From a virus (Duplodnaviria; Caudoviricetes), in IMG/VR virus record IMGVR_UViG_3300022745_000041, positions 1-54,422 of that record: a stretch of 54,422 nt of DNA; one strand, given 5' to 3'. The translations under genes were made by a program, and so were the position numbers. The notes under the pieces are model-generated. The model was not told where the DNA came from. It ran no database searches and worked only from the letters and a program-made list of their open reading frames with translations. Shown here one piece after another: positions 46,392-54,422 of this stretch (the first letter of the stretch is position 1; every line of letters starts with the position of its first letter).

Positions 46392-46678
46392 GCTGCATCC
46401 TCCTTCGGTTCCGCCGCTGCATGTCGCGATAACTTGACGAGCGTTGCCATTGTAGCCGCGTTGCGCAAGTGGTGTTCATACCACATTCGGTCGCCAGCGT
46501 TTTTCGATGCACGCTTCCGCCACGTCTCTGCGGTTGCGAGTAGCTCGTTGAGTATTGCATTAACCATGTTTTCCGAACATCTATCGACTAAATGTCGAAT
46601 CAAACGGCTCTCAACGTAATGCTCTGCCGATCGGTCTTCGATTGCTGCCACGAGCTTGATTGCGTCAATTGCTTTCAT
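46388..46678 (-). CDS. Hypothetical helical protein (candidate inhibitor/immunity protein)
   Basis: 96 aa with ATGA overlaps on both sides; function inferred from position only. Confidence 0.55.
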   Translation of the reverse strand: MKAIDAIKLVAAIEDRSAEHYVESRLIRHLVDRCSENMVNAILNELLATAETWRKRASKNAGDRMWYEHHLRNAATMATLVKLSRHAAAEPKEDAA

Positions 46679-47472
46679 CGTTTTCCCCGTCTTGGCTTCT
46701 GCTCTGCGGTCAGTTCTTTAATCTTCTTAACCGTGTTCGGGAAGGATATCGAGAACTCTTGAGCCGACATAGCTCCTCCACCATGTAAGGACGCAAAGCC
46801 TTCTGCGAACGCCTCGCTGTAACCGGCGTCTGAGGCGTGGAATCGACCGCTCACGGCATTGCGTGCCGGTTGAATGAAGTAACTCATTTTCCCGGCTTCT
46901 CCGTTTAGCGAATAGCCATCGGCCTCAAATTTACTTCCGCTGCCGTGCATGATCGCCAACAAATCCGCTCGATACGCGGTTCTGAAATCGTCTCGCTGCG
47001 ATATGCGATGGTCTAGGAAATTATCATCAACCGCATGACCGATTTCGTGTCGCATCACCCCGGCTGGGTCGCGTGTTTTTGTGCGTGCTGTCGATGGCCC
47101 CTCGTGCTCGGCAACAAAGGCTTGTTTAGTGTGCGGAATATACGCCGCCCCGACTTCGTGTAACGATCCGCTCCAATAACCACGAGGCTTATCGTTCATG
47201 TCGTAATGAGCTGAGAGCACATCGGACGCATCTTTTGCCGCAATCGTCTTCACGCCTTTCGACTTCAAGACGGCAGCTATATGCGGCGGAATTGACTTCA
47301 CGGCCTGGCTAGTTGCCGCAACGAATTGAGGGTTAGGGCTACCAGCACTCTCAACTCCGTGAATCGAACTGGCCGCCCGCTTCACACCCGCCTTGCTCAC
47401 CCCTCGCCGCGCATACTGATTACTCCCAATACCACCGCCCTTGCCTGTGATGCGTTGCCCCGGCTTTGTCAC
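46675..47472 (-). CDS. ATLF/anthrax-lethal-factor-like zinc metalloprotease domain protein
   Basis: KPRGY, MRHEIGHAVD, DFRTAY..D, SYF and SEAFAEGFA motifs; basic Gly-rich N-terminus with GSNQY. Confidence 0.8.
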   Translation of the reverse strand: MTKPGQRITGKGGGIGSNQYARRGVSKAGVKRAASSIHGVESAGSPNPQFVAATSQAVKSIPPHIAAVLKSKGVKTIAAKDASDVLSAHYDMNDKPRGYWSGSLHEVGAAYIPHTKQAFVAEHEGPSTARTKTRDPAGVMRHEIGHAVDDNFLDHRISQRDDFRTAYRADLLAIMHGSGSKFEADGYSLNGEAGKMSYFIQPARNAVSGRFHASDAGYSEAFAEGFASLHGGGAMSAQEFSISFPNTVKKIKELTAEQKPRRGKR

Positions 47473-48917
47473 GACATTACGTCGAGCACCGACCGCAGCG
47501 CGTCCGACTTTTTTTTTACAGCTAGCTCGTAAGGCTCATTCGCTTGGAACAACGGATCAGCGTTCGGACCATACTGCTGTTGTGTCTGCTCGCGCATGGC
47601 CTGCTTATCCGCCTTTACCTGCGCAAACGCAGCATCAAGCCGCTCAACATAATCACGGGCCAGTGGAACGCCAGCATTGGCCAGTATGGTCGCAACGTCG
47701 ATCGCTCCTGACTCTAGCAGCGGCCCCCATTGCGGCATTGCCATGATAGCTTTAACCGTCTCGACCATCAGGCCATCAGTGATGCGTGACGTTGGCGTTA
47801 CCGTGATTTTTGGAGGCTTGCCAGGGTAGTTCGCAGGCCCGTAGACACGATTGACGATCGCTTCAAATTGGCTCGTCAGTTGCGAGCCAAGCGAATCGCA
47901 CTTACTGAGAACAACAAACATACGCACCGTCTGTGATGCGTATGAACCTGTTTCAGTGTCCATAGTAACCGATTCGTGAACGCCGAACGCCCGCGACATC
48001 TTTGCGTCAATCAGATTGTCGATAATCTCCAACGGCTTCGCATCCAGCGATCTCGCTTCGTGCGTGATGTCGATCTGATACTTGCCCTCCATGCCCGGTG
48101 TGCTGTGTGCATCGTTGGGCAGGATCGTCAGACCGCCTGCGGTCTTGTTGGCATGGTATTGCGCTGCGATCAGCTTGTGGTTGTTGACCACTCGGCCAGT
48201 TTCATCAACCGCAGTTGCCGGAGCGTGAATTGTCGGACCATCAACGGCCCAACGCGCAACGAACACCTGGATGAGTTGATCTGTCTCTTTGCGTCGCTTG
48301 CGGACCTCAGCCGGAGCGCCTAAGAATAGCGAACGACCATGCGGTTCAAGCGGTGTGGCACTAATCGCAAACCAGCACGATTGCTCTGGCGGTATCACGA
48401 AATCTGAGCCGTCAATCGTGACTCGAATGCCACCGAACTGGCCAGAACTGTCGAGCACCAATTCCGTCGCTCGTGCTCCGTTGATGTGCTTCGGTAGCTG
48501 TTTGAACTGCTTAATGACCGTGATCGGAACGCCGCTAACCTCATCGTTTTCAATGACTAATTCAAACGGCAATCCTCCCCACGTGAACACGCCGTGTTCC
48601 GGGTCGCAGAACTTTTCGAGAGTCTCAAGCCAAAGACGATTGAGGTCGTCTTCGATCGCCTCGGCGGTTGCGTCACCTTCCGGCGCGTCAACGTTTATCG
48701 TGACATCACCACGTTTGACGCTCGATAGCAACACGTCCTGCGTAATGACCACCATCGGGTCTTTGCGCATGTCGCAGACAAGCTCCGCGAGGTCGCGAAT
48801 CGGCTCTGGCTGTACAACTCCGGCGATAACCGGATCAACGGCTTTTGCCGCATCGGCGCTAGCGGTTTGCTTGCTGCCAAACAGTCTACGGGTTGCGTCT
48901 CGGAGTTCTGCGAGCAT
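47469..48917 (-). CDS. Portal protein (DUF935/Mu gp29-like)
   Basis: Position after terminase; MRKDP, PHGRSLF, IDAKMSRA and TGSYASQ motifs. Confidence 0.85.
   Translation of the reverse strand: MLAELRDATRRLFGSKQTASADAAKAVDPVIAGVVQPEPIRDLAELVCDMRKDPMVVITQDVLLSSVKRGDVTINVDAPEGDATAEAIEDDLNRLWLETLEKFCDPEHGVFTWGGLPFELVIENDEVSGVPITVIKQFKQLPKHINGARATELVLDSSGQFGGIRVTIDGSDFVIPPEQSCWFAISATPLEPHGRSLFLGAPAEVRKRRKETDQLIQVFVARWAVDGPTIHAPATAVDETGRVVNNHKLIAAQYHANKTAGGLTILPNDAHSTPGMEGKYQIDITHEARSLDAKPLEIIDNLIDAKMSRAFGVHESVTMDTETGSYASQTVRMFVVLSKCDSLGSQLTSQFEAIVNRVYGPANYPGKPPKITVTPTSRITDGLMVETVKAIMAMPQWGPLLESGAIDVATILANAGVPLARDYVERLDAAFAQVKADKQAMREQTQQQYGPNADPLFQANEPYELAVKKKSDALRSVLDVMS
47508..47517 (-). promoter_or_regulatory. 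Slippery site (A9 run containing A_AAA_AAG) near the portal 3' end
   Basis: GTA AAA AAA AAG in the portal frame; the -1 frame is open into ORF 46675..47472. Confidence 0.6.
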
Positions 48918-48921
48918 TAGT

Positions 48922-48943
48922 CACTCAGTTTTGCCCCTGAGTG
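48922..48943 (-). promoter_or_regulatory. Hairpin over the portal translation-initiation region
   Basis: CACTCAG GGGCAAAA CTGAGTG ends 4 nt before the ATG. Confidence 0.45.
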
Positions 48944-48954
48944 TTTAGCGTTAG

Positions 48955-49248
48955 TTAATTCACGGAAGCCACAACGTGATCAATCTCACCGCTCGGCATG
49001 GTATCGCCGTCACGTCCGATGGTTCCAATGCTCTGCTCTACGTGCAGTTCAGGCAAATGCTTCTCAGCCTCAATTGACTTCGCGGCAACCTCGCACGCTG
49101 ACGCCAGAACTTTTCGCGACGTTTCACCAACAGCCACTTCCACGATTGTCCCCGGCTCATCGCCCATATCGACCGTGACCTGCATGACAACACCATCAAC
49201 CGGCTCGCCGCCAATGCGACTAATCTTCATTCCACGTTCCAACATCAT
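48955..49248 (-). CDS. Hypothetical protein
   Basis: 97-aa acidic ORF with a GAGG RBS. Confidence 0.65.
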   Translation of the reverse strand: MMLERGMKISRIGGEPVDGVVMQVTVDMGDEPGTIVEVAVGETSRKVLASACEVAAKSIEAEKHLPELHVEQSIGTIGRDGDTMPSGEIDHVVASVN

Positions 49249-49290
49249 ATAACCTCGCTGCGCGGTATTGCGTGAGGCATACGTTAGCGG

Positions 49291-49527
49291 TTAATGATGT
49301 TGAGTGCTAGGCGTTAGTTGCTCTTTCAGCAGCGCATTCTCTGCCAACAACGCCTCCCACTGAGCTTTATCAACCAATGCGTAGCCGTCGCGGCCTTCGT
49401 ATGTCGTGCGGATATCGGTGAGTCGCAGGACGAAACGAGCGAGGCGTCGACCTGCGTCAAATACTTTCCGCAGGTTGTTTGGACCGTTCTGGAGAATGTA
49501 TTCTGCGTCTTCGAGAAATGAATTCAT
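49291..49527 (-). CDS. Hypothetical protein
   Basis: Start MNSFL in an ATGA overlap. Confidence 0.6.
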   Translation of the reverse strand: MNSFLEDAEYILQNGPNNLRKVFDAGRRLARFVLRLTDIRTTYEGRDGYALVDKAQWEALLAENALLKEQLTPSTQHH

Positions 49528-49781
49528 GAATCGCCCCCTATTTCGTTGTCTTCTAGCCACTCGAAAGACTCGTTGTATTCGGCTTGAGCGGCAATGAGGG
49601 TGTCCACAAAGTGAACCGGTTTTAATCCGTGTTCAAAACAGTCGGTAATAAACTCAAGATGTTGCTCCCAAGCTCCGTCTTTCATGCCTTCAAAAACGCA
49701 TGTGAGTTCAATCTCTTCTTGCGACATAATGTAATCGCATGCCCATTCGTAGGCTTGGTCTTTTAGCTCTTCTCTGGTCAT
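49524..49781 (-). CDS. Hypothetical acidic protein
   Basis: 85-aa ORF directly after terL. Confidence 0.65.
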   Translation of the reverse strand: MTREELKDQAYEWACDYIMSQEEIELTCVFEGMKDGAWEQHLEFITDCFEHGLKPVHFVDTLIAAQAEYNESFEWLEDNEIGGDS

Positions 49782-49782
49782 T

Positions 49783-51141
49783 TCATGCTCCTGTGTGCCA
49801 CGTGACCGGCCCTGACTGCATCACCAGCTTATTGTAAGCACCGCTTGCAGCGTCGGCTTGATCATCATGAACTCCGCTCCAACACTGCGTGAGTTCGTCT
49901 ATGAAAGCACGATTCCACGGTGCCCGCAATAGGCGGACTTGCTTTTGCTCAGTCCTGGCCTGTAGCGGACGTGCGCGAATGCTTTTCTCTTTGCTCATCG
50001 TCTCTACACGACAGCCATACTTGGCCCACCGCATGACGTTAATTTCTCCGACCGTCTTTCCAGCCCCTCCCCCTTCACGCTCAATCCATTGTTCGCATTT
50101 CAGGCCATGCTGATCGAAGTCCCGTTTCATCGTGGCTTCAATCTGAGCGTCGCGAGTTGATGCCGTCCACTGCCCGCGAACCACGTCCAGGACGTAAACA
50201 AACCCGTCTCCGCCGTCAGCCATCAACACTCCGACCGTGTAGTCACCATCTTTGCTGCTTGCCGTGTCCCAATACCGCACAACCTTCGCAATCTTGGCGG
50301 GTTCGATATCAACAATCTGGTTAATGTCGTCATGCTTGAAGAACAGCCCGCCTTCCGGAATCGGGTTCCCCATATACATGGCGGACCAAAAGTAACTACC
50401 GAGCAACGCCTTTGTTCTCAGTAGCTTATCGAATGAATGAAGCTCCGGACACAACGCCTCGCCGCGTTCGTTAATTGCTGGCAAGAGCAACTTACGAACA
50501 GGAATCCCTTGATCCTTGCAGACCTCATGCAACTGGCCAGTGAGGTCATTCACATGCCAGCGTGTCTGCATGATGATGACCGCTGAATCTTGTTGCAGTC
50601 GCGTATATGCCGACGATAGGAACTGATTCCAGACCGTCTCGCGAACCACTGCTGAACTGGCTTGCTCGTGATTGCTATATGGATCATCGAAGATGAATAG
50701 GTTTGCCCCCTTGCCTGTCGTTGACGAACTTCCACCTGTGCTCATCTCGCCGCGATGCCCCTCCACACCCCACCAGTCTGACCGCTTCAGTGATTTACTA
50801 ACACGTAGCCCTGTCGTTTCTGACATCGACGCGAAGACGTTGCGAGCTTTCGCGCCCCAGCTTGCCGCGAAGTCGCTTGCGTAACTGTTGAGGATGACCC
50901 TCCTGTCTGGCCAAAGACTCATGAGCCAAGCGGGCGTATATTTCGACATCAATTCGCTTTTGCCGTGTTGTGGCGGAACAGATACCGTCAGAATTCGGCA
51001 ATCGTCAACGCCCATGACGGTGTCAATGATTGCGTTATTGATCGCTTGCAAGTGCGGATACGGTTTCCACTGGCCACCGCTTGCGGCTTGAGCGTAACCA
51101 GCGGGCGTTGCTATTCGGCGGACGGATTCGAGGTCAAGCAT
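49783..51141 (-). CDS. terL: Terminase large subunit
   Basis: VPPQHGKS (Walker A), IFDDP (Walker B), MQTRWH; nuclease YWDTA...DYTVG and HDDQADA. Confidence 0.95.
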   Translation of the reverse strand: MLDLESVRRIATPAGYAQAASGGQWKPYPHLQAINNAIIDTVMGVDDCRILTVSVPPQHGKSELMSKYTPAWLMSLWPDRRVILNSYASDFAASWGAKARNVFASMSETTGLRVSKSLKRSDWWGVEGHRGEMSTGGSSSTTGKGANLFIFDDPYSNHEQASSAVVRETVWNQFLSSAYTRLQQDSAVIIMQTRWHVNDLTGQLHEVCKDQGIPVRKLLLPAINERGEALCPELHSFDKLLRTKALLGSYFWSAMYMGNPIPEGGLFFKHDDINQIVDIEPAKIAKVVRYWDTASSKDGDYTVGVLMADGGDGFVYVLDVVRGQWTASTRDAQIEATMKRDFDQHGLKCEQWIEREGGGAGKTVGEINVMRWAKYGCRVETMSKEKSIRARPLQARTEQKQVRLLRAPWNRAFIDELTQCWSGVHDDQADAASGAYNKLVMQSGPVTWHTGA

Positions 51142-51144
51142 GAA

Positions 51145-51336
51145 TTATTCGATTGGGTCGTGATTTAGCGGCACGTGATCCAATGCGTTGAGCGCTTCTT
51201 GCACGTCGGCAAGTTGCCGCTCGTACTTGTCCGTTGGGATCGCTTGTGCAAAATAGTCGCTATTTTCTTTGCACTTACGGATCAGTGATTTCAAATATGA
51301 TTCACGCTCTTCGAGAATTTCAATCGCATGATTCAT
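51145..51336 (-). CDS. Hypothetical protein
   Basis: 63-aa helical ORF; ATGA overlap. Confidence 0.6.
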   Translation of the reverse strand: MNHAIEILEERESYLKSLIRKCKENSDYFAQAIPTDKYERQLADVQEALNALDHVPLNHDPIE

Positions 51337-51740
51337 CCCCCGATCCTTTCAGTTAGTGCCGCCCGCCCCTCCGGTGTCTTCAGTAACTCAATCGCTACGT
51401 CTCTCGCTGTTGGGCCTGCGTTATTATTGACCGCTAATCCGACATTTACCTGATTTTGCGGTAACGGAGCGTCCAAGTTAGTCACCGCGATGTTAATCTT
51501 GTCGCTGTCTTGCAGTATTTTCATGGCAGCAATGACATCGCCCGGCTTTCCTCCCGATTGCACCATGCGAAACGCTTCTGCGAGTACCGCTCCTCGCATC
51601 TCTGCCGTGACTGGCCAACGTCTACGGATCGCACGCCTTGCAAGCCGAGCTGTTGCGTGATCTGTCAAAACATCATTGCCCTGACCCCGGAATCCGTGCG
51701 ACGGTTGGTGTACTAATTCTGTAGTATTTGCATCTTCCAT
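51333..51740 (-). CDS. Probable terminase small subunit
   Basis: Size and position upstream of terL; ARRAIRRRWPV helix and QVNV-type tail. Confidence 0.55.
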   Translation of the reverse strand: MEDANTTELVHQPSHGFRGQGNDVLTDHATARLARRAIRRRWPVTAEMRGAVLAEAFRMVQSGGKPGDVIAAMKILQDSDKINIAVTNLDAPLPQNQVNVGLAVNNNAGPTARDVAIELLKTPEGRAALTERIGG

Positions 51741-51775
51741 GATGCCACCATCGTATCATGATTGCATCTTCGTGA

Positions 51776-52072
51776 CTATTGCGGACCAATGACCCGCTGC
51801 CATTTGGCCGACTCGAAATAATTGGCGGTTTGACCATCCGAACACGCCAGCCCAACTCCAGGAATCATGAACAGTGACACGCAATCGGGATCATCGTCTT
51901 CGGGCATCTGCATCCACCACCATCCCGGCCCGTCCGGTGCGTCGAGCCACTGGTTGATGAAATGCTTCGCAAGGATTTTCTCAAGGTCGTTCGGATAGGC
52001 CAAGCCCAGCGATTGGCAGAGTTGATCTACCTCTCTGGCCACCGACACGATTCGCTCATTGATTGTTTTCAT
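51776..52072 (-). CDS. Hypothetical phage protein
   Basis: WLDAPDGPGWWW motif. Confidence 0.65.
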   Translation of the reverse strand: MKTINERIVSVAREVDQLCQSLGLAYPNDLEKILAKHFINQWLDAPDGPGWWWMQMPEDDDPDCVSLFMIPGVGLACSDGQTANYFESAKWQRVIGPQ

Positions 52073-52121
52073 GTCATCGCCCTGCCGGATGTTTTACTGC
52101 GTCTGCGCCGTCTAAAAAGCG

Positions 52122-52337
52122 TTAGCCGGACTGCCGCCGCTTCCAATCTCTGAAGCCTTTCGACCGTCGCAAGGCTTCCTCGATCGCTCCCGTCTTGCTT
52201 TCAACGGTCGCGAGGTATTCCGCCAGCTCGAGGTCAACCTTGATCGCGAGTGGTATCTTCACTTCATCGGGGCGGGCTTTTCGGCCCGCCCCTTTTCGCT
52301 TCCCGCCGTGCTTCCCGCCGTGCTTAGTCTGCCGCAT
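52122..52337 (-). CDS. Small DNA-binding protein (GGxRxGAGRK plus ribbon-helix-helix-like)
   Basis: HGGKRKGAGRK...IPLAIKVDLELAEYL...AIEEAL. Confidence 0.7.
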   Translation of the reverse strand: MRQTKHGGKHGGKRKGAGRKARPDEVKIPLAIKVDLELAEYLATVESKTGAIEEALRRSKGFRDWKRRQSG

Positions 52338-52581
52338 GGTATTTCACCGTTGCTCCGACGCCTTTCGCTCGCCATTGGTTTGCCACATCGTCCGCCCCGT
52401 GACCGTCTGCCGCGAAGTAAGCCACTGTCGCAACGTAGAGCCACTGGCGGAATGTTCGCGTCCCGTATTTCTTGAACCCGTTCGGCCTGGCTTCAATCTT
52501 ACTCTTGTCGATGCCCGCGACTTTCAGTGCTGTTTTTGTGCTGGCGTAAACTTGAACGTAGGTGAAATCGAATTGGTTCAT
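52324..52581 (-). CDS. Hypothetical protein
   Basis: AAGGA RBS; first gene after a strong promoter. Confidence 0.7.
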   Translation of the reverse strand: MNQFDFTYVQVYASTKTALKVAGIDKSKIEARPNGFKKYGTRTFRQWLYVATVAYFAADGHGADDVANQWRAKGVGATVKYHAAD

Positions 52582-52626
52582 TTGTCGGTTCCTTGTGTTG
52601 CTGGGTTGGTTTCAACTCTGGTACAC

Positions 52627-52655
52627 AAGTTATCGGCGTGTTTGATTAGCGTCAA
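52627..52655 (-). promoter_or_regulatory. Sigma70-type promoter
   Basis: TTGACG-17 bp-TAACTT. Confidence 0.7.
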
Positions 52656-52846
52656 TACCCTTTTCAAGATTCCGAACGGATTTCGGCTAACAAGTATTTG
52701 GGCCTGACGGAGTACCGCAGGCCAAAACTTGCGTTCTGCGGACAAAATCACCGTCTCTCCGATGTGTCACGACTCAACGAATCCCGCTCGTTAGTGACAT
52801 GCCAGCCAACCGCCGTCGTTCACTGTTGGCCCTCGGCGGGGTAGCT

Positions 52847-53089
52847 TCACTTTCCGGCTGGCCGGCTCCCCAATTCTTTCTCGCACAAGATCGTCGAAAC
52901 ATCGTCAATGTGCAGGCAGTCCACCATGCAGGCGTAATCGTTCGGCGGCTGAATGACTGCGATGTTTCCGTTGCAGTAGTCGTTGCCCGGCGTCGCGCTA
53001 TGAAGGACTCCGAAGGCCACAACCTTGCCGCCGTCGAGCTTCACGATCTTGTCACCGTTCTTGGCCTCGCGGCCGTTTCTGTAGTGCAT
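52847..53089 (-). CDS. Conserved phage hypothetical protein
   Basis: MHYRNGREAKNGDKIV...NDYCNG...CLHIDD; GGAG RBS. Confidence 0.75.
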   Translation of the reverse strand: MHYRNGREAKNGDKIVKLDGGKVVAFGVLHSATPGNDYCNGNIAVIQPPNDYACMVDCLHIDDVSTILCEKELGSRPAGK

Positions 53090-53187
53090 CACCAACTCCA
53101 TTGAACCGCAGAACAAAAAATTCAAAACGACGGGCGGTAACGTCTGTCTCGAATCGCGGGGTCGCTCGCCCGCGTTTTAATTTGGCG

Positions 53188-53482
53188 TTAGACGCAAACT
53201 GCCTCCAGCTCCTTCTGTCGCTCTTCAAGCCGTTCTTCGACGATCAACACGAACGCCTCACGAAATCGCGGCCCCAACTCCTGCAAGATGTCAGCGCTAC
53301 ATGCTCGCTGCAAATTCTTCCCGTCGCTGCCGTACCAGACGGCCCAGTCCACGAAGTCGAACCGCAATGAATTCGTCTTGCGGCCAACGTCGATAGCTTC
53401 CTTCAATCGCCTGATTTCTTGACCGAGTGCCTCGGCTCTGGCCACGATGTCTTTTCACTCTCTGAAGCTCTGCCACGTCCAT
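53188..53482 (-). CDS. Hypothetical coiled-coil protein, apparently split by a 1-nt insertion near 53452-53455
   Basis: Removing one A from GTG AAA A GAC joins MDVAELQRVK to DIVARAEALGQEIRRL. Confidence 0.5.
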
Positions 53483-53485
53483 CGC

Positions 53486-54422
53486 TTAACCCCTTGCGTC
53501 TAACAATTTCTTCTTGCGGATTCGTCCATGAACCGCAAAAGAAAGGCGTTCGTTGATCGTCTTCACTTTGTGCCCCGTCGCTCGCAGCAGGTCGAGCACT
53601 TGGCCGCGTGTTTTGATGCCAAACCAGTCAGCACCCTGCATGTACCATGTGCCAGTTTCGTCAAATCCCCACAGTCTCAGATTCCCGATTTGCTCGTTGT
53701 CATTGCCTTCCGAGTGCGGATAAACATCGTCAGGCACTCGCACGCTTCCGATGCTTCGCAGCCATTCGCGAGTAACCGGCTTCGCACGCTCCGTAATCTC
53801 GGCCTTCGCTGCGGCGATGGCCTCATCACGCAGGTCAAACCAGTTCTTGCCATCAACATCATCGACAAACATACCGAAGTCTTGAATCGACACGGCCTCT
53901 AAGAGAGTTATCAACCGCTCATTCACCGGCTGCGATTGCTGCTCACAAAATGCGTCAGCGATTACTGATTCACTCCAGCCAGCGACACGGTCGAACTCTT
54001 TGGTTGCGTTGGATAGCTCCAGCTTGAGCCGCTCAACTTCTTTTGCCAGTTCGTCACGCTGACCGACCAGCATCTCCGCCACGCTTGGCCCAACCTGCGA
54101 ATAGTTGTTGCCGGTTCTGATCTCATGCAGGTCCGCAAGTCCCCTATCCGAGTCGGCGGTTATTTCCGACTCAATCGCAACAGCGGCTCGCCAGTATTCG
54201 CCAAGTTCGGCTTGTTGTTTCGCGACGGTTTCCCGCAACCGTTCAAGCTCGTCGAGCATCGCGAGATAGTCGTTGTGGACCTTTGCGATCCAGTCCATGT
54301 CGTGATTGCCTGCATCAACTAAATATGCCGCATGTGTTTCGCAGATCATCTCGCCATCGCAATACACTCGCGGCGATAGCACGCACACAATTGCCTCCCA
54401 CTCGCCCTGCGTCGTCTTCGCG
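53486..54422 (-). CDS. 3' part of the Ead/Ea22-like multidomain protein (starts at 183 across the join)
   Basis: TTQGEW...DMDWIAKVHNDYLAMLDELERLR matches the Ead/Ea22 pattern; coiled coils follow. Confidence 0.75.
   Translation of the reverse strand, partial: AKTTQGEWEAIVCVLSPRVYCDGEMICETHAAYLVDAGNHDMDWIAKVHNDYLAMLDELERLRETVAKQQAELGEYWRAAVAIESEITADSDRGLADLHEIRTGNNYSQVGPSVAEMLVGQRDELAKEVERLKLELSNATKEFDRVAGWSESVIADAFCEQQSQPVNERLITLLEAVSIQDFGMFVDDVDGKNWFDLRDEAIAAAKAEITERAKPVTREWLRSIGSVRVPDDVYPHSEGNDNEQIGNLRLWGFDETGTWYMQGADWFGIKTRGQVLDLLRATGHKVKTINERLSFAVHGRIRKKKLLDARG
54281..54422. repeat. Terminal direct repeat, right copy
   Basis: 139/142 identical to 1-142. Confidence 0.95.

Noticed and set aside
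28879-48917. Transposable Mu-like phage or contractile tail
   Set aside because: The head genes are Mu-like, but no DDE transposase, MuB, sheath or baseplate wedge genes were recognised.
52760-52845. Possible pseudoknot or hairpins (GCCAAC/GTTGGC with CGCCG/CGGCG; TGTCAC/GTGACA)
   Set aside because: The helices are only 5-6 bp in GC-rich DNA and cannot be distinguished from chance by eye.
1-54422. Diversity-generating retroelement, retron or alternative genetic code
   Set aside because: No reverse transcriptase motifs or adenine-variant repeat pair were seen. Genes are intact and tightly coupled under the standard code.

Overview
This window looks like a complete, circularly permuted ~54.3 kb tailed dsDNA phage genome. 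Bases 1-142 recur at 54281-54422, and one gene reads straight across the join. Almost all genes are on the minus strand. In transcription order (right to left) the modules are: small accessory genes; terminase; portal; a Mu-like head module (ATLF-like metalloprotease, MuF-like protein, protease/scaffold, decoration protein, capsid); head-tail joining genes; two paralogous tail-tube genes; a membrane/lipoprotein/papain-peptidase/thioredoxin cassette where lysis genes would be expected; fibre-like proteins; tape measure; a tail protein; a Ser/Thr-rich protein with two glycosyltransferases; a nucleotide-metabolism trio; and an early/replication module (ParB-like, Sak4-like ATPase, DUF669 SSB-like, intein-containing SF2 helicase, pentapeptide protein, DNA methylase, SNF2 helicase, primase-helicase, putative origin, resolvase). 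I saw no integrase, repressor, DNA polymerase, tail sheath or classical endolysin. A Planctomycetota-like host is only an impression from gene content. The most striking observations are: (1) an A9/A_AAA_AAG slippery site that would fuse the portal to the downstream zinc metalloprotease by a -1 shift; (2) an intein whose endonuclease is encoded in an overlapping +1 frame; (3) a mucin-like Ser/Thr repeat protein next to two glycosyltransferases; (4) two aberrant tRNA-like elements. All family assignments come from motifs read by eye, not from database searches.
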